From Oscillibacter sp. (GTDB lineage: Bacteria; Bacillota; Clostridia; Oscillospirales; Oscillospiraceae), in assembly GCA_014799845.1 (NCBI GenBank), contig JAAVHF010000050.1, positions 1,935 to 65,934 on the forward strand: a stretch of 64,000 bases of DNA, written 5' to 3'. The notes under the pieces were generated by a model that was not told the DNA's origin, did no database searches, and saw only the letters and a list, made by a program, of their open reading frames with translations. Shown here piece after piece: positions 17,461 to 26,700 of the stretch. The position numbers were made by a program, and so were the translations under genes. Each line of letters starts with the position of its first letter. The stretch's first letter is position 1.

Positions 17461-19185
17461 ATGACTGTCTCTGAATATATTTTTGATTTTCTGCAAAAGA
17501 AGGGCTGTGACACCGTCTACATGGTTTCCGGCAGTTCCGCCATGTGGCTGACGGATGCTCTCAAACGCAGCAAAGACCTGCAAGCCATCTGCTGCCATCA
17601 CGAGCAGGCGGCAGCGATGGCAGCGGACTGTTATGGCAGGACTCGCGGTATTCCCGGTGTGTGTCTTGCCACCATTGGCCCGGGGGCTACCAATGCCATC
17701 ACGGGTGTGGCCGGGGCGTTTGTGGATTCGTCCCCTATGTTTGTACTGACCGGACAGGCCAATTCCCGGCTGATACGCTATGAAATGGATACCGGTATCC
17801 GGCAGCATGGGACACAGAGCATAAATCTGGAACAGATCGTATCCCCGTTGGTAAAATATTTTGCCTGCGTACTGGACCCGGCGGATATCCGGCAGGTCAT
17901 GGAGCATGCATGGTATGAGGCCATGGAGGGGCGGCAGGGCCCCGTCTGGATCGATGTCCCGGTGGATATCCAAAACAGGCAGATCCCGGCGGAAATGGAT
18001 GGATACCATCCTCCTTACAGAGGATCGTCAGCGGAGGATCTCCAGGCTGTGGCCCAGCGCCTTGCTCAGGCGCAGAAGCCGCTGATCCTGGCCGGAGGCG
18101 GTGTGCGAAGCGCCGGAGCGGTCCAATTGCTGAAGCAGCTATGTCAGGCATTGCAGATACCTGTCGCGGCATCCCGGGGCGGCATCGATGTGATTGCATC
18201 GGATTCCCCTTATTTTGTGGGCCGTCCGGGCAGTTATGGCGACCGTGCGTCACATTTTGCTGTTCAGCAGTGTGACTGCCTGTTGATTCTGGGATGCCGG
18301 TTGTCCATTTCCACCACGGGATATTACCCGCAGCGTTTTGGGCAGAACGCATACAAAATTATGGTGGATATCGACCGGAAAGAACTGGACAAGCCGGATG
18401 TTCCCGTGGATTTGAAGCTGCACATGGATTTGAAGCAGTGTCTGGAGCAGCTTTATAAATGTTGTGCAGAGCTGGCTCCGGCAGACCATTCGGAGTGGCT
18501 GACCCATTGCAGGGAGATGCGGCTCCGGTATCCCAATGTTCTGCCGGGCTATCAGCAGGAGCATCCTCTGAACAGCTATTACTTTACGAAGCTGCTCTCG
18601 CAATGCGCCCCGGCGGAATGCGATATTGTAGTGGATACGGGCAGCGTTTGCAATATTGTCTCTCAGAGTTGGGACCTCAAAGAGGGGCAGCGCTACCTGA
18701 TTTCCGGCGGCCTGTCCGCCATGGGGTTCTGGGCGGGGGCGATCGGTGCGGCCCGACAGGGACGGCAGGTTCTTGCCTTGTCCGGCGATGGCAGTGTACA
18801 GATGAACGTACAGGAATTTGCCACACTGCGGTATAACCATCTGCCTGTCAAATTGTTTGTGTTCCAGAATAACGGCTATATGCTCATTCGCCATAATCAG
18901 CACAACTATATGAACGACCGCTTTTTAGGGGTAGGTCCTGACAGTGGTTTGGAAACGCCGGATTTCTGCAAGGTTGCGGCAGCATATGGTCTGGATAGCT
19001 GTGAACTCACGGCTGACAGCCATCTGGAAGACGCAATCCGGGATATTCTGAGACGGGACGGACCGGTTGTGTGTCAGGTCCGGGTTCAGGAATTTGGGGA
19101 AATTGCGCCCAGGATCGCTTCAAGAGTCATGCCGGATGGATCGCTGAAAGCAGCGGAATTTGACGATCTGTATCCGTTTTTGTGA
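17461..19185 (+). CDS. thiamine-diphosphate enzyme of the acetolactate-synthase/YerE-like family
   Basis: The N-terminal Pyr domain has HEQAAAMAADCYGR and GPGATNAITGVA. The C-terminal PP domain has GGLSAMGFWAGAIGA...LSGDGSVQMNVQE. The length is 574 aa. Confidence 0.8.
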   Translation: MTVSEYIFDFLQKKGCDTVYMVSGSSAMWLTDALKRSKDLQAICCHHEQAAAMAADCYGRTRGIPGVCLATIGPGATNAITGVAGAFVDSSPMFVLTGQANSRLIRYEMDTGIRQHGTQSINLEQIVSPLVKYFACVLDPADIRQVMEHAWYEAMEGRQGPVWIDVPVDIQNRQIPAEMDGYHPPYRGSSAEDLQAVAQRLAQAQKPLILAGGGVRSAGAVQLLKQLCQALQIPVAASRGGIDVIASDSPYFVGRPGSYGDRASHFAVQQCDCLLILGCRLSISTTGYYPQRFGQNAYKIMVDIDRKELDKPDVPVDLKLHMDLKQCLEQLYKCCAELAPADHSEWLTHCREMRLRYPNVLPGYQQEHPLNSYYFTKLLSQCAPAECDIVVDTGSVCNIVSQSWDLKEGQRYLISGGLSAMGFWAGAIGAARQGRQVLALSGDGSVQMNVQEFATLRYNHLPVKLFVFQNNGYMLIRHNQHNYMNDRFLGVGPDSGLETPDFCKVAAAYGLDSCELTADSHLEDAIRDILRRDGPVVCQVRVQEFGEIAPRIASRVMPDGSLKAAEFDDLYPFL

Positions 19186-19282
19186 GGAATTATCCCCTGA
19201 TACCGTCAAAAAGGGCTTGGGTGCAGACATGCTTCTTCGATAAAGGGAACGAGGAACAATATTTACCCGTCCGCTTTCCGGT

Positions 19283-21661
19283 TTAGTAGATGGACTTCAT
19301 CTCCGCAACATACAGTTCTGTAACGGTAATCTCACCGTCCGCTTCCAAGCTGACGCTCTGGGAATCGAAATCCGCATACGAGCGGATGCTGACGGATTTG
19401 CTGTCATTAAAGAAGCCTTCCACCAGGGAGCGGTCCACATAGACCTCCATAGTCAGTTTTCCGTCTCTGACTTCCAGAGGACCGGAGACAACAAGCCCCT
19501 TCGCCTCCTTGGTCTTGTTGGGGTTCCTGCCGCTGAGGGTTCCCTCTGCCACGTTGCAGCTAAAGGCGGTGAGGTCCCTATCGCCGTTGCTCTTGACGTT
19601 CAGCGTAACCTCATTGGCATTGCCCAGATCCACGGCCAGACGCAGATACAGCAAATCACCGGAAACGCCCGCCAGAGCCTCATTGGCCTGAGCCAAGGTC
19701 ATGCTCTCCCCCTGAGCCAACACGTCACCTTCCAGGCTGTGCAGCGCATCGATGGGACTCATCATGACATCGGTACCTTCGTCGTTAAGCCAGATCTTCC
19801 GGGGCAGTCCCACGCAGTGGGCCCAACCGGCAGCACCTTCCTCCGCGCCGCCCCGCTGGTCCTGCATGATGCTGAACAGGTAAGTATCCCCGCTGACCGG
19901 GTCCACCAGTGCGCTGGGACCGGTGAAGACGTTGCTGCCGTAGTCCAGCAACGCCGGATTCCTGTCAAATCTTTCGTCAGGGATAAATTCCCCGGTTTCT
20001 TTGTCGAAGTCGCCTACGAAATAATATGCCTTGTTATCCGCCAGGGAGGCGGGCGCGGGCGAGATGCAGAAGAAGTATTTGGTGATCGTCCCCGTTTCAT
20101 TGGTCAGAGGCAGCAGAATGGGCAGCTCCCAGCTGGTACCGTAGGTCATGGACTGGTCCGGCCAGTCGTAGATTGGCCCGCGATAGACCCAATCCATATC
20201 AATCTTGCCGTCGCCCTTAACCTCCAAGGTCTTTGTTTCATAGAGAAGGGCACTGCCGCCCGCGCCGGTCTCGCTGCCGCCGCAGATCAGCATATACCAG
20301 GTATCGCCCTCTTTCCAGATGTGACTGTCGCGGAACTCGCCGGGACGGCCCTGGCCGGGAACCTGGGCAACGGCCAGTTCATCGCAGACCACCCAGTCGA
20401 TCAGTTCAGGATCACTCAAATCGGCGGGATAGGCCGCGCCTACGTTCTGGTTGGAAATCAAACCGTCTTTGGAAAAGCTGTCGTTGCCTGCTGTGAAAAA
20501 CAGGATGGGCACGCCGTTGACATCCAGCGCCGCGCCGCCGGACCACACGCCGTCGGGAACGACAGAATTTTCGGTGGGCGTGATCGCTTCCTTCACCGGC
20601 CGCCAGGACACCATATCCTCGCTGACCAGGTGTCCCCAAGATATGTTGCGCCAGTAGGTGCCCACCATGTTCTGCTGGAAGAAGAGGTGATACATGCCGT
20701 TGTAGTATACCGGGGCGTGAGGCTCGTTCATCCAGTGCTGGTAAGGCCCTCCGTGAAACTGGGTTTTGTAGATATCGGTGGTGAGAATGTTTTGCAGGCC
20801 GATGTCCTCATAGGCGATTTCCGGAACATTCTCAATAGAAGCCTGCGCAGCGACCGTCTCTTTGGGCAGCGCTTTTCCGTACAGCCTCAACTCATCCATA
20901 TAGCCGCTGAACATTTGGTAGCTCCCGGCGGCAATGGCCTCGCCGTGCGCATTTTTCCCTACCAGCAGCTTTTCGTTCTCAGCGGGAGCGATAGAGGAAC
21001 CGGCGGTAATGGATTTCTCCCCTGCCGGACTGCCGTTGAGGTACAGGGTCACGGCTCCTGCCTTGCCGTCAAAGACGGCGGCGACATGGTTCCACGCGTC
21101 CTTTTCCAGCCGTGCGTCACCGGAGTCGACACTGAGCCACTCCTCACCGGAACCGATCTGGAAAAACAGCTTCCCGTACCTCTGGTAGCCCAATACGAAT
21201 CCCTGCTTCTTATCCTTGTTGTACTGGCCTGCAATGGTGGTGAGATGCTCGTTTCCGCTGGCTTCGCCGTTGGGGTCGTCCCACTCGAAGGCGCGGGGCG
21301 CCACCCACACGCTGACCGTGAGGGCATCGCCCTGGACCAGCAATTCCTCCGGAGCATAGCTGATGTAGTTTGAGTTGCCGTCAAACAGCAGGCACCCGCC
21401 CTGGACGCCCTCTGTCCGCCACTCCGGGTCCCGGTTCTCCATGTAGGCAGCGTTGGTGAAGTTATAGGCAATCTCCGCCGGTTCCACCGTTCCGGCAGCG
21501 GATGAAACCTGATTGCCGGCCCCCTCGTCAAAACTCAGGTTCAGCAGAAAACCTTCCGGGTTGCCCTTATTGCCGCTGTCCCCGCCGCATCCGGCGCAAA
21601 GCACCGCCAACATGATCGACAAAACCAGTAAGAACAATTTGACGTTAAAATTTCTTTTCAT
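19283..21661 (-). CDS. extracellular lipoprotein: LamG/concanavalin-like domain plus a divergent GH32-type beta-fructosidase domain
   Basis: The lipobox is LAVLCAGCGG. The LamG-like part has LLFDGNSNYISY...MDELRLYG. The GH32-like core has variant motifs: WMNEPHAPVYYNGMYHLFFQ, SWGH, FRDSH, SWELP. Confidence 0.8.
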   Translation of the reverse strand: MKRNFNVKLFLLVLSIMLAVLCAGCGGDSGNKGNPEGFLLNLSFDEGAGNQVSSAAGTVEPAEIAYNFTNAAYMENRDPEWRTEGVQGGCLLFDGNSNYISYAPEELLVQGDALTVSVWVAPRAFEWDDPNGEASGNEHLTTIAGQYNKDKKQGFVLGYQRYGKLFFQIGSGEEWLSVDSGDARLEKDAWNHVAAVFDGKAGAVTLYLNGSPAGEKSITAGSSIAPAENEKLLVGKNAHGEAIAAGSYQMFSGYMDELRLYGKALPKETVAAQASIENVPEIAYEDIGLQNILTTDIYKTQFHGGPYQHWMNEPHAPVYYNGMYHLFFQQNMVGTYWRNISWGHLVSEDMVSWRPVKEAITPTENSVVPDGVWSGGAALDVNGVPILFFTAGNDSFSKDGLISNQNVGAAYPADLSDPELIDWVVCDELAVAQVPGQGRPGEFRDSHIWKEGDTWYMLICGGSETGAGGSALLYETKTLEVKGDGKIDMDWVYRGPIYDWPDQSMTYGTSWELPILLPLTNETGTITKYFFCISPAPASLADNKAYYFVGDFDKETGEFIPDERFDRNPALLDYGSNVFTGPSALVDPVSGDTYLFSIMQDQRGGAEEGAAGWAHCVGLPRKIWLNDEGTDVMMSPIDALHSLEGDVLAQGESMTLAQANEALAGVSGDLLYLRLAVDLGNANEVTLNVKSNGDRDLTAFSCNVAEGTLSGRNPNKTKEAKGLVVSGPLEVRDGKLTMEVYVDRSLVEGFFNDSKSVSIRSYADFDSQSVSLEADGEITVTELYVAEMKSIY

Positions 21662-21953
21662 AGCACAAGCCTCCTATTAAGAATACTTTCTGACAATCGT
21701 GCTTTCCTTCCCGCAGGGTGCACAGCCGCAATCATTCAAATGCATCATCAGCCCGGAGATCATGTATTCTCCCTGCGCTGGCGGGGGATACCGGTATCCA
21801 TAAAGAAAAGGGGCGGACATGCGCGGAAGTCGAACTCCGTGCCATTTTTCAGCTTTACATGGAACCAAGGCCGCACGTCTACTCCCGCCCAGTTGACGTA
21901 ATCCCGGGTCGGTTCGCCGGAGAGCCGGAGCAGGCTCACGACCCGCGGTTTTT

Positions 21954-22919
21954 TCATTGCAGCAGCGCCTCTACCCGCTCCCGCTCCGGCATGGAACGGA
22001 TGGCCCCTTTCCTGGTAGTGACCAGATAGGCCGCCGTATTGGCAAAGCGCAGCATGGCGGTCAGATCGTCCGCCGACAGGCCCTCCAGCCCGTGATCCAG
22101 CACAAAGTTGAGAACACAGGCGCAGAAGGTGTCCCCTGCCCCGGTAGTCTCAATGGTATCGGGCCGGTTGATGGCGGGAACGAATACACGCTCATCGCCA
22201 TAGTAGGAATAACTCCCGTCCGGCCCAGCCGTTACGTTGAACAGCTTAATATTAGGGTACTTGGCCCGCAGGATAGCGGCTCCCTTGTCAAAATCCGTCT
22301 CCCCGGTCATAAACTCCAACTCGTTATCGGCGATTTTGAGAACATCGCATTTGCCCAGTCCGTAAGAAATCTGCGTCCGGGCATCCTCCAGGTCCGCCCA
22401 CAGCGGGGGCCGGAGGTTGGGGTCAAAGGAAAGCAGCGCACCACCGTTCTTCGCAATATCAATAGCTTTACAGGTTGCTTTCCGCACACCCTCATGGGTC
22501 ATAGACAGGGTGCCGAAGTGGAATATCCGGCAGTTTGAGACGGCCTCCTCCGGGATTTCGTCCTCCGTCAGCATCATGTCCGCGCCGGGATTGCGGTAGA
22601 AGGAAAAATCACGGTCGCCGTTTTCCAGCTTTTTTACAAAGGCCAGAGTGGTCCGCGCGTCCGTATCTGCCACCAGATAATCCATGCAGATACCCGCGTC
22701 CTCGGCCACCTTCCGCAGCAGCTGGCCGAACATATCGCCTCCCACTTTGCCTACGAAGGCGCAGTCCCGGTCCAGCTTTTTCAGCATGGCCAGCACGTTG
22801 CAGGGCGCGCCGCCGGGATTGGCCTCGAAAAGGGTGTTGCCCTGGCCGCTGAGGCCGTTTTCTGTGAAATCAATCAGGAGTTCGCCCAGTGCCACTACGT
22901 CAAATTTCTTTATCACCAC
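21954..22919 (-). CDS. PfkB-family sugar kinase (fructokinase-like)
   Basis: Motifs: VVALGELLIDF, GGAPCNV, TGAGDTF. It sits inside a GH32 locus. Confidence 0.85.
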   Translation of the reverse strand: MVIKKFDVVALGELLIDFTENGLSGQGNTLFEANPGGAPCNVLAMLKKLDRDCAFVGKVGGDMFGQLLRKVAEDAGICMDYLVADTDARTTLAFVKKLENGDRDFSFYRNPGADMMLTEDEIPEEAVSNCRIFHFGTLSMTHEGVRKATCKAIDIAKNGGALLSFDPNLRPPLWADLEDARTQISYGLGKCDVLKIADNELEFMTGETDFDKGAAILRAKYPNIKLFNVTAGPDGSYSYYGDERVFVPAINRPDTIETTGAGDTFCACVLNFVLDHGLEGLSADDLTAMLRFANTAAYLVTTRKGAIRSMPERERVEALLQ

Positions 22920-23293
22920 AAAAGCATCCTTTCTAAATCTTCTGAACAGAATACGCCTTTATCATAGAGCGCCATGTCGGTGTACCGCGTCTGTGCCCAG
23001 ACATTTTCCGGAAACTCCGGAGAAAATCCCGCCGGAGCCATTGCGGGCATGAATTTCCGATAGCTGTTAAAATTCATTTCCTCCAGCGGGACCCTTTTGC
23101 CGTACCCGGTGTCCCGTTTCAGCTCAAAATTCTTCTCCCGGTACTGGTCGTACTGGTCGTTGTGCGCCCACACCAAAACAGCCGCTATTGCCGCAAGAAG
23201 TACGATTGCGGCGAGGACTGCCGGAAGCCGCCGCTTTTTGCGGTTCTTCCATCTCTCCTGTCCGTTCACCAGCGGGGTCTCCTCATTCGTCAA
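22913..23293 (-). CDS. small N-terminally membrane-anchored protein of unknown function
   Basis: It has one TM segment (LPAVLAAIVLLAAIAAVLVW). It uses a TTG start that overlaps the GH32 stop, and its stop overlaps the kinase start. I recognise no domain. Confidence 0.4.
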   Translation of the reverse strand: MTNEETPLVNGQERWKNRKKRRLPAVLAAIVLLAAIAAVLVWAHNDQYDQYREKNFELKRDTGYGKRVPLEEMNFNSYRKFMPAMAPAGFSPEFPENVWAQTRYTDMALYDKGVFCSEDLERMLLW

Positions 23294-24776
23294 AAGTCAG
23301 GTCGTACTTTTCCACATCCATCATGGCCGAACCGCCGGCCTCGAAGCTGATGACGTTGGCCTCCTGCCGGGTATAGATCACCGAACTGGCAGCCTGCTCA
23401 CCGTCGTTGACGAACACCTCCAGGCTGAACCGGTCCAGAATCACGCGCAGCTTGATCTCCCCGCCCTGATAGCGCACAAAGAAGCTCCGGGTATGTACGA
23501 TGTCATGAGGCAAACCGCTGCGGGTCCGGTCGATCTTCAGCGTTCCGTCGCTGGGGCGGTAGCGGATAATCGTCTCATGCTCGCCGTCCTTCGCCACCCG
23601 GATGCGGAACCAGCGGTATGCCTCGGTTCCGATTGGCCTGACGGTGACCGTCATGTCCAGCATCCGGCCCTGAACGCCCGGCAGATTGATCTCGCCGCTG
23701 ACGGGGATATTCTGGTGTATGACGCACTGCCCCCGGTAGTTGTCCAGCTCCCGCACCGGGACTTGATAAAGCCTTCCGTCCTTCACGGACAATTCCCTCG
23801 GTAATGTCATCTGCCCGAACCAGCGGCAGTGATAGGGCTTTGCCCCCACAGTGGCCCAGTTCTGCATCCAGGCAATCATAACTCGCCGCCCATCGGGAGC
23901 CAGCAGGGTCTGGGGGGCGTAGAAATCCAGGCCGTAGTCGATGGCCTGCACAAACTGCCGGGTGAATCCCTTTCCGTCGGGATCATAGTCCCCAATCAGG
24001 CACACGGTGCCATTGCCCGCGTGGAACTCCAGCCCCACGGGGTTCATCTCCTGAGGGCTGGTCAACAGGACCTGCTTTCCATCCAGGGGGAAGAAATCGG
24101 GACACTCCCACATCTTGCCATACTGGTTATTGCAGCGGTCCAGGGTACGGACATACTCCCAGTTGAACGCGTCACGGCTGCGGTAGAGCAGGATCGCCCC
24201 GCTGCCGTCCTCCGTGCGGTTGCCGATGACGGCGTAATAGGTCCCGTCTGCCTCCCTCCAGATCTTGGGGTCGCGGAAATCAATGGGGCTGCCGCCTTCC
24301 GGCAGATCCTTACCCTCCAGAACCGGATTATCCAGGCACTTCTCGTAATTCATCCCATCGCCTATGGCGATGCACTGGGTCTGGATATCCTGAATGAATC
24401 CGTCCGGGTTGTGGCCGCGCTGGACGCCGGTGTACAGCAGCAGCTGCCGCCCATCAGGCAGTTCTACCGCGCCGCCGGAGAAGCATCCGCCCGCGTCATC
24501 ATAGGGTTTGTCAGGCGCCAGGGCGGCGGGCAGGCGTTCCCAGCGGATGAAATCCCTTGTTTTTACGTGGCCCCAGTGCATGGGTCCCCACTCGTTGGAG
24601 TAGGGGTGGTACTGGTAAAAGAGGTGGTACTCCCCCTTGTAGACGGAAAATCCGTTGGGGTCGTTCATCCAGCCGATGGTGGGGGTGGCGTGAAAGGCAG
24701 GCCGTTCGCCGGCGGGGATATGGGGGCCGTACTTGGCCTCGAAATCTCGGGCTTTCCGAAGGGCTTTGCTTATCAT
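23283..24776 (-). CDS. intracellular GH32 beta-fructofuranosidase (sucrose-6-phosphate hydrolase / invertase type)
   Basis: The canonical motifs are present: WMNDPNGF, FRDPKIW, MWECPDFF. There is no signal peptide. Confidence 0.9.
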   Translation of the reverse strand: MISKALRKARDFEAKYGPHIPAGERPAFHATPTIGWMNDPNGFSVYKGEYHLFYQYHPYSNEWGPMHWGHVKTRDFIRWERLPAALAPDKPYDDAGGCFSGGAVELPDGRQLLLYTGVQRGHNPDGFIQDIQTQCIAIGDGMNYEKCLDNPVLEGKDLPEGGSPIDFRDPKIWREADGTYYAVIGNRTEDGSGAILLYRSRDAFNWEYVRTLDRCNNQYGKMWECPDFFPLDGKQVLLTSPQEMNPVGLEFHAGNGTVCLIGDYDPDGKGFTRQFVQAIDYGLDFYAPQTLLAPDGRRVMIAWMQNWATVGAKPYHCRWFGQMTLPRELSVKDGRLYQVPVRELDNYRGQCVIHQNIPVSGEINLPGVQGRMLDMTVTVRPIGTEAYRWFRIRVAKDGEHETIIRYRPSDGTLKIDRTRSGLPHDIVHTRSFFVRYQGGEIKLRVILDRFSLEVFVNDGEQAASSVIYTRQEANVISFEAGGSAMMDVEKYDLTFDE

Positions 24777-24928
24777 ATTTTTGTTCCTCCTGAATCGAAA
24801 ATGATAGTTGGAAGTTGTTCCTATTCAAACGGACCGGGCCGGCCCGGAATTGACAAATTTATATCATCGAGAATCAATCCTCATGCAAGTTGGGGAAAAC
24901 GGTTTTAAGCTGTATTGGTTCTTTTACG

Positions 24929-24957
24929 AAAAGGGGCGGCGTTGAGCCGCCCCTTTT
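24929..24957 (-). terminator. rho-independent terminator downstream of the SBP gene
   Basis: The stem is aaaaggggcggc / gccgcccctttt with loop gttga. On the minus strand it is followed by TTTT. It lies about 40 nt after the stop at 24998. Confidence 0.7.
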
Positions 24958-24997
24958 CGCAGGGTTATGAAAAAGAGTGAAGAAAAGAGCTTGTTGA

Positions 24998-26659
24998 TTA
25001 TTCCGCGGCAGCGTAACGGTCATAAGCGTTCTGGTAGACTTCCAGGATCTGATTCATGCCGTAAACGTCCACCAGCTCCTGCTTGTAGGCTTCCCACTCG
25101 GCGTCGCTGGGACCGCCGTCGCGGAACCACAGAGCTTCCTGCTCGCTGACATGGCTCTCAAAGTCGGGGCGGTAAAGGTCCAGATCATCCAGCTCGCTCT
25201 GGGTGAACACGCAGTCCACGGGATAGAAGGTGAAATCGTCCACATACTTGAACCAGAAATTCTGCAGGTCCTCCAGACGCTGGAGGGCGCGGTCCTCCAT
25301 GTAGAACACGTTGGTGTAGTACTCGGAGAGGATCAGCTTGGGACCGGCAACCTCGTTGGCGCTCTTGAGCTCGCCGGCGGACTTGTTGAACTTGGCCTGA
25401 GCTTCCTCGTCGGTGATAGAGACGTACATGCCGTTGGCGTCCTTTTCCTCATTGAAGTACACGCCGATGGGGCCGTACTGGAGCTGCATGACGTTCTCGC
25501 CGGTATACCACTGGTCATAGAACTTCAGCAGGTTGGCGGGGCTCTTGCAGGCGTTGGTGATGGACAGCTGTCCGGAGTTGACAGCGGAACCGGCGGACTT
25601 GATAGTCACGGTGCAGGTGCCGTCAGGGCCCTTCAGCGGGGGCAGGTACACGTAGTCGGCGGCATAGTCGCCCATCAGCTCGTTGATCTCCCACCAGGTA
25701 GCCACGCCCACGTAGCCCTGAGCGCACTTGGCCAGGTACTGCTTGTCGCTCTGGCTGAATACCTCGATGTCAATGAGGCCCTCGGCATACCAGTCATGGT
25801 AGTAGGTGATGGCGTTGCGGTAGCCGTCGCTGACGCTGTCAAATACCACCTCGCCGTCCTTGGTCAGGCGCAGGTCGGAGCAGACGTCGGACCAGTTGGT
25901 CACGCCGAAGGGAGCGTAGAAGATGTTCTGACCCCAGCACCACTGGTCAAAGCCGAAGGACATGGGGATGGTGTTGCCAGGATCGGCGCCGTACATCTTG
26001 TGGGCCATGTCGTTGTCCTTGAAAGCCTGGAGGGCGGTCTTCAGCTCCTCGACGGTCTCAGGAACGGCCAGTCCCAGGTCGTCCAGCCACGCCTTGTTGA
26101 TCATGGAGAACTGCTGGATGGAGTGGATGGAGTAGTCGTCGGCGGCGCCGGTAGCGCCGGTGCCCATCATCTCGGCGGCGGGCAGGCCGTAAATCCTGCC
26201 GTCGTCCTGGGTGATAGCGGCCTTGATCTTGGGATTCGCCTCCAGAATGGCGGAGAGGTTGGGCATGATCTCAGGATCAGTGATGTAGGGAGTCAGGTCG
26301 ATAAACGTGCCGCCCCGGCCATAGCGGCCCAGGTCGTAGTTGGACCAGCCCACGGCCTGCACAGCGTCGGGGAAGTCGCCGCCGGAGAGGCGGATGTTCA
26401 CCTGCTCGCCCAGGGAGTCGGACATGGTCTCCCAGTTGATCTTGATGCCCGCGTTGTCCATCATGGCGTTAAGGACGGGGTTGTCATCATAGCCGCCGGA
26501 CAGGGCGGAGATGCCGGAGATGACGTGGAACTCGGTCTGGCTGGTGTCAGTGTTGGCAACGCCGGGTTCCGTGCTGCTGTTGTTGTTGCCGCCGCCGCAG
26601 GCGGTCAGCAGGGCCAGCACCATGACGGATGCCAGCAGGAAGGACAAGAACTTCTTCAT
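24998..26659 (-). CDS. large extracellular solute-binding lipoprotein of a carbohydrate ABC importer
   Basis: The lipobox is LALLTACGGG. The 553-aa length is typical of LplA-like binding proteins. Two permease genes are adjacent. Confidence 0.8.
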   Translation of the reverse strand: MKKFLSFLLASVMVLALLTACGGGNNNSSTEPGVANTDTSQTEFHVISGISALSGGYDDNPVLNAMMDNAGIKINWETMSDSLGEQVNIRLSGGDFPDAVQAVGWSNYDLGRYGRGGTFIDLTPYITDPEIMPNLSAILEANPKIKAAITQDDGRIYGLPAAEMMGTGATGAADDYSIHSIQQFSMINKAWLDDLGLAVPETVEELKTALQAFKDNDMAHKMYGADPGNTIPMSFGFDQWCWGQNIFYAPFGVTNWSDVCSDLRLTKDGEVVFDSVSDGYRNAITYYHDWYAEGLIDIEVFSQSDKQYLAKCAQGYVGVATWWEINELMGDYAADYVYLPPLKGPDGTCTVTIKSAGSAVNSGQLSITNACKSPANLLKFYDQWYTGENVMQLQYGPIGVYFNEEKDANGMYVSITDEEAQAKFNKSAGELKSANEVAGPKLILSEYYTNVFYMEDRALQRLEDLQNFWFKYVDDFTFYPVDCVFTQSELDDLDLYRPDFESHVSEQEALWFRDGGPSDAEWEAYKQELVDVYGMNQILEVYQNAYDRYAAAE

Positions 26660-26700
26660 GTTGTTTCTCCTTTTATGATAATTTTATTGGAGTACAGGAT

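Noticed and set aside
21760-21957. A 65-aa minus-strand ORF whose ATG overlaps the fructokinase stop (ATGA).
   Set aside because: I recognise no domain or hydrophobic segment, and it occupies what should be the promoter region of the extracellular GH32 gene. It may be a remnant or a real small gene, and the support is insufficient to call it.
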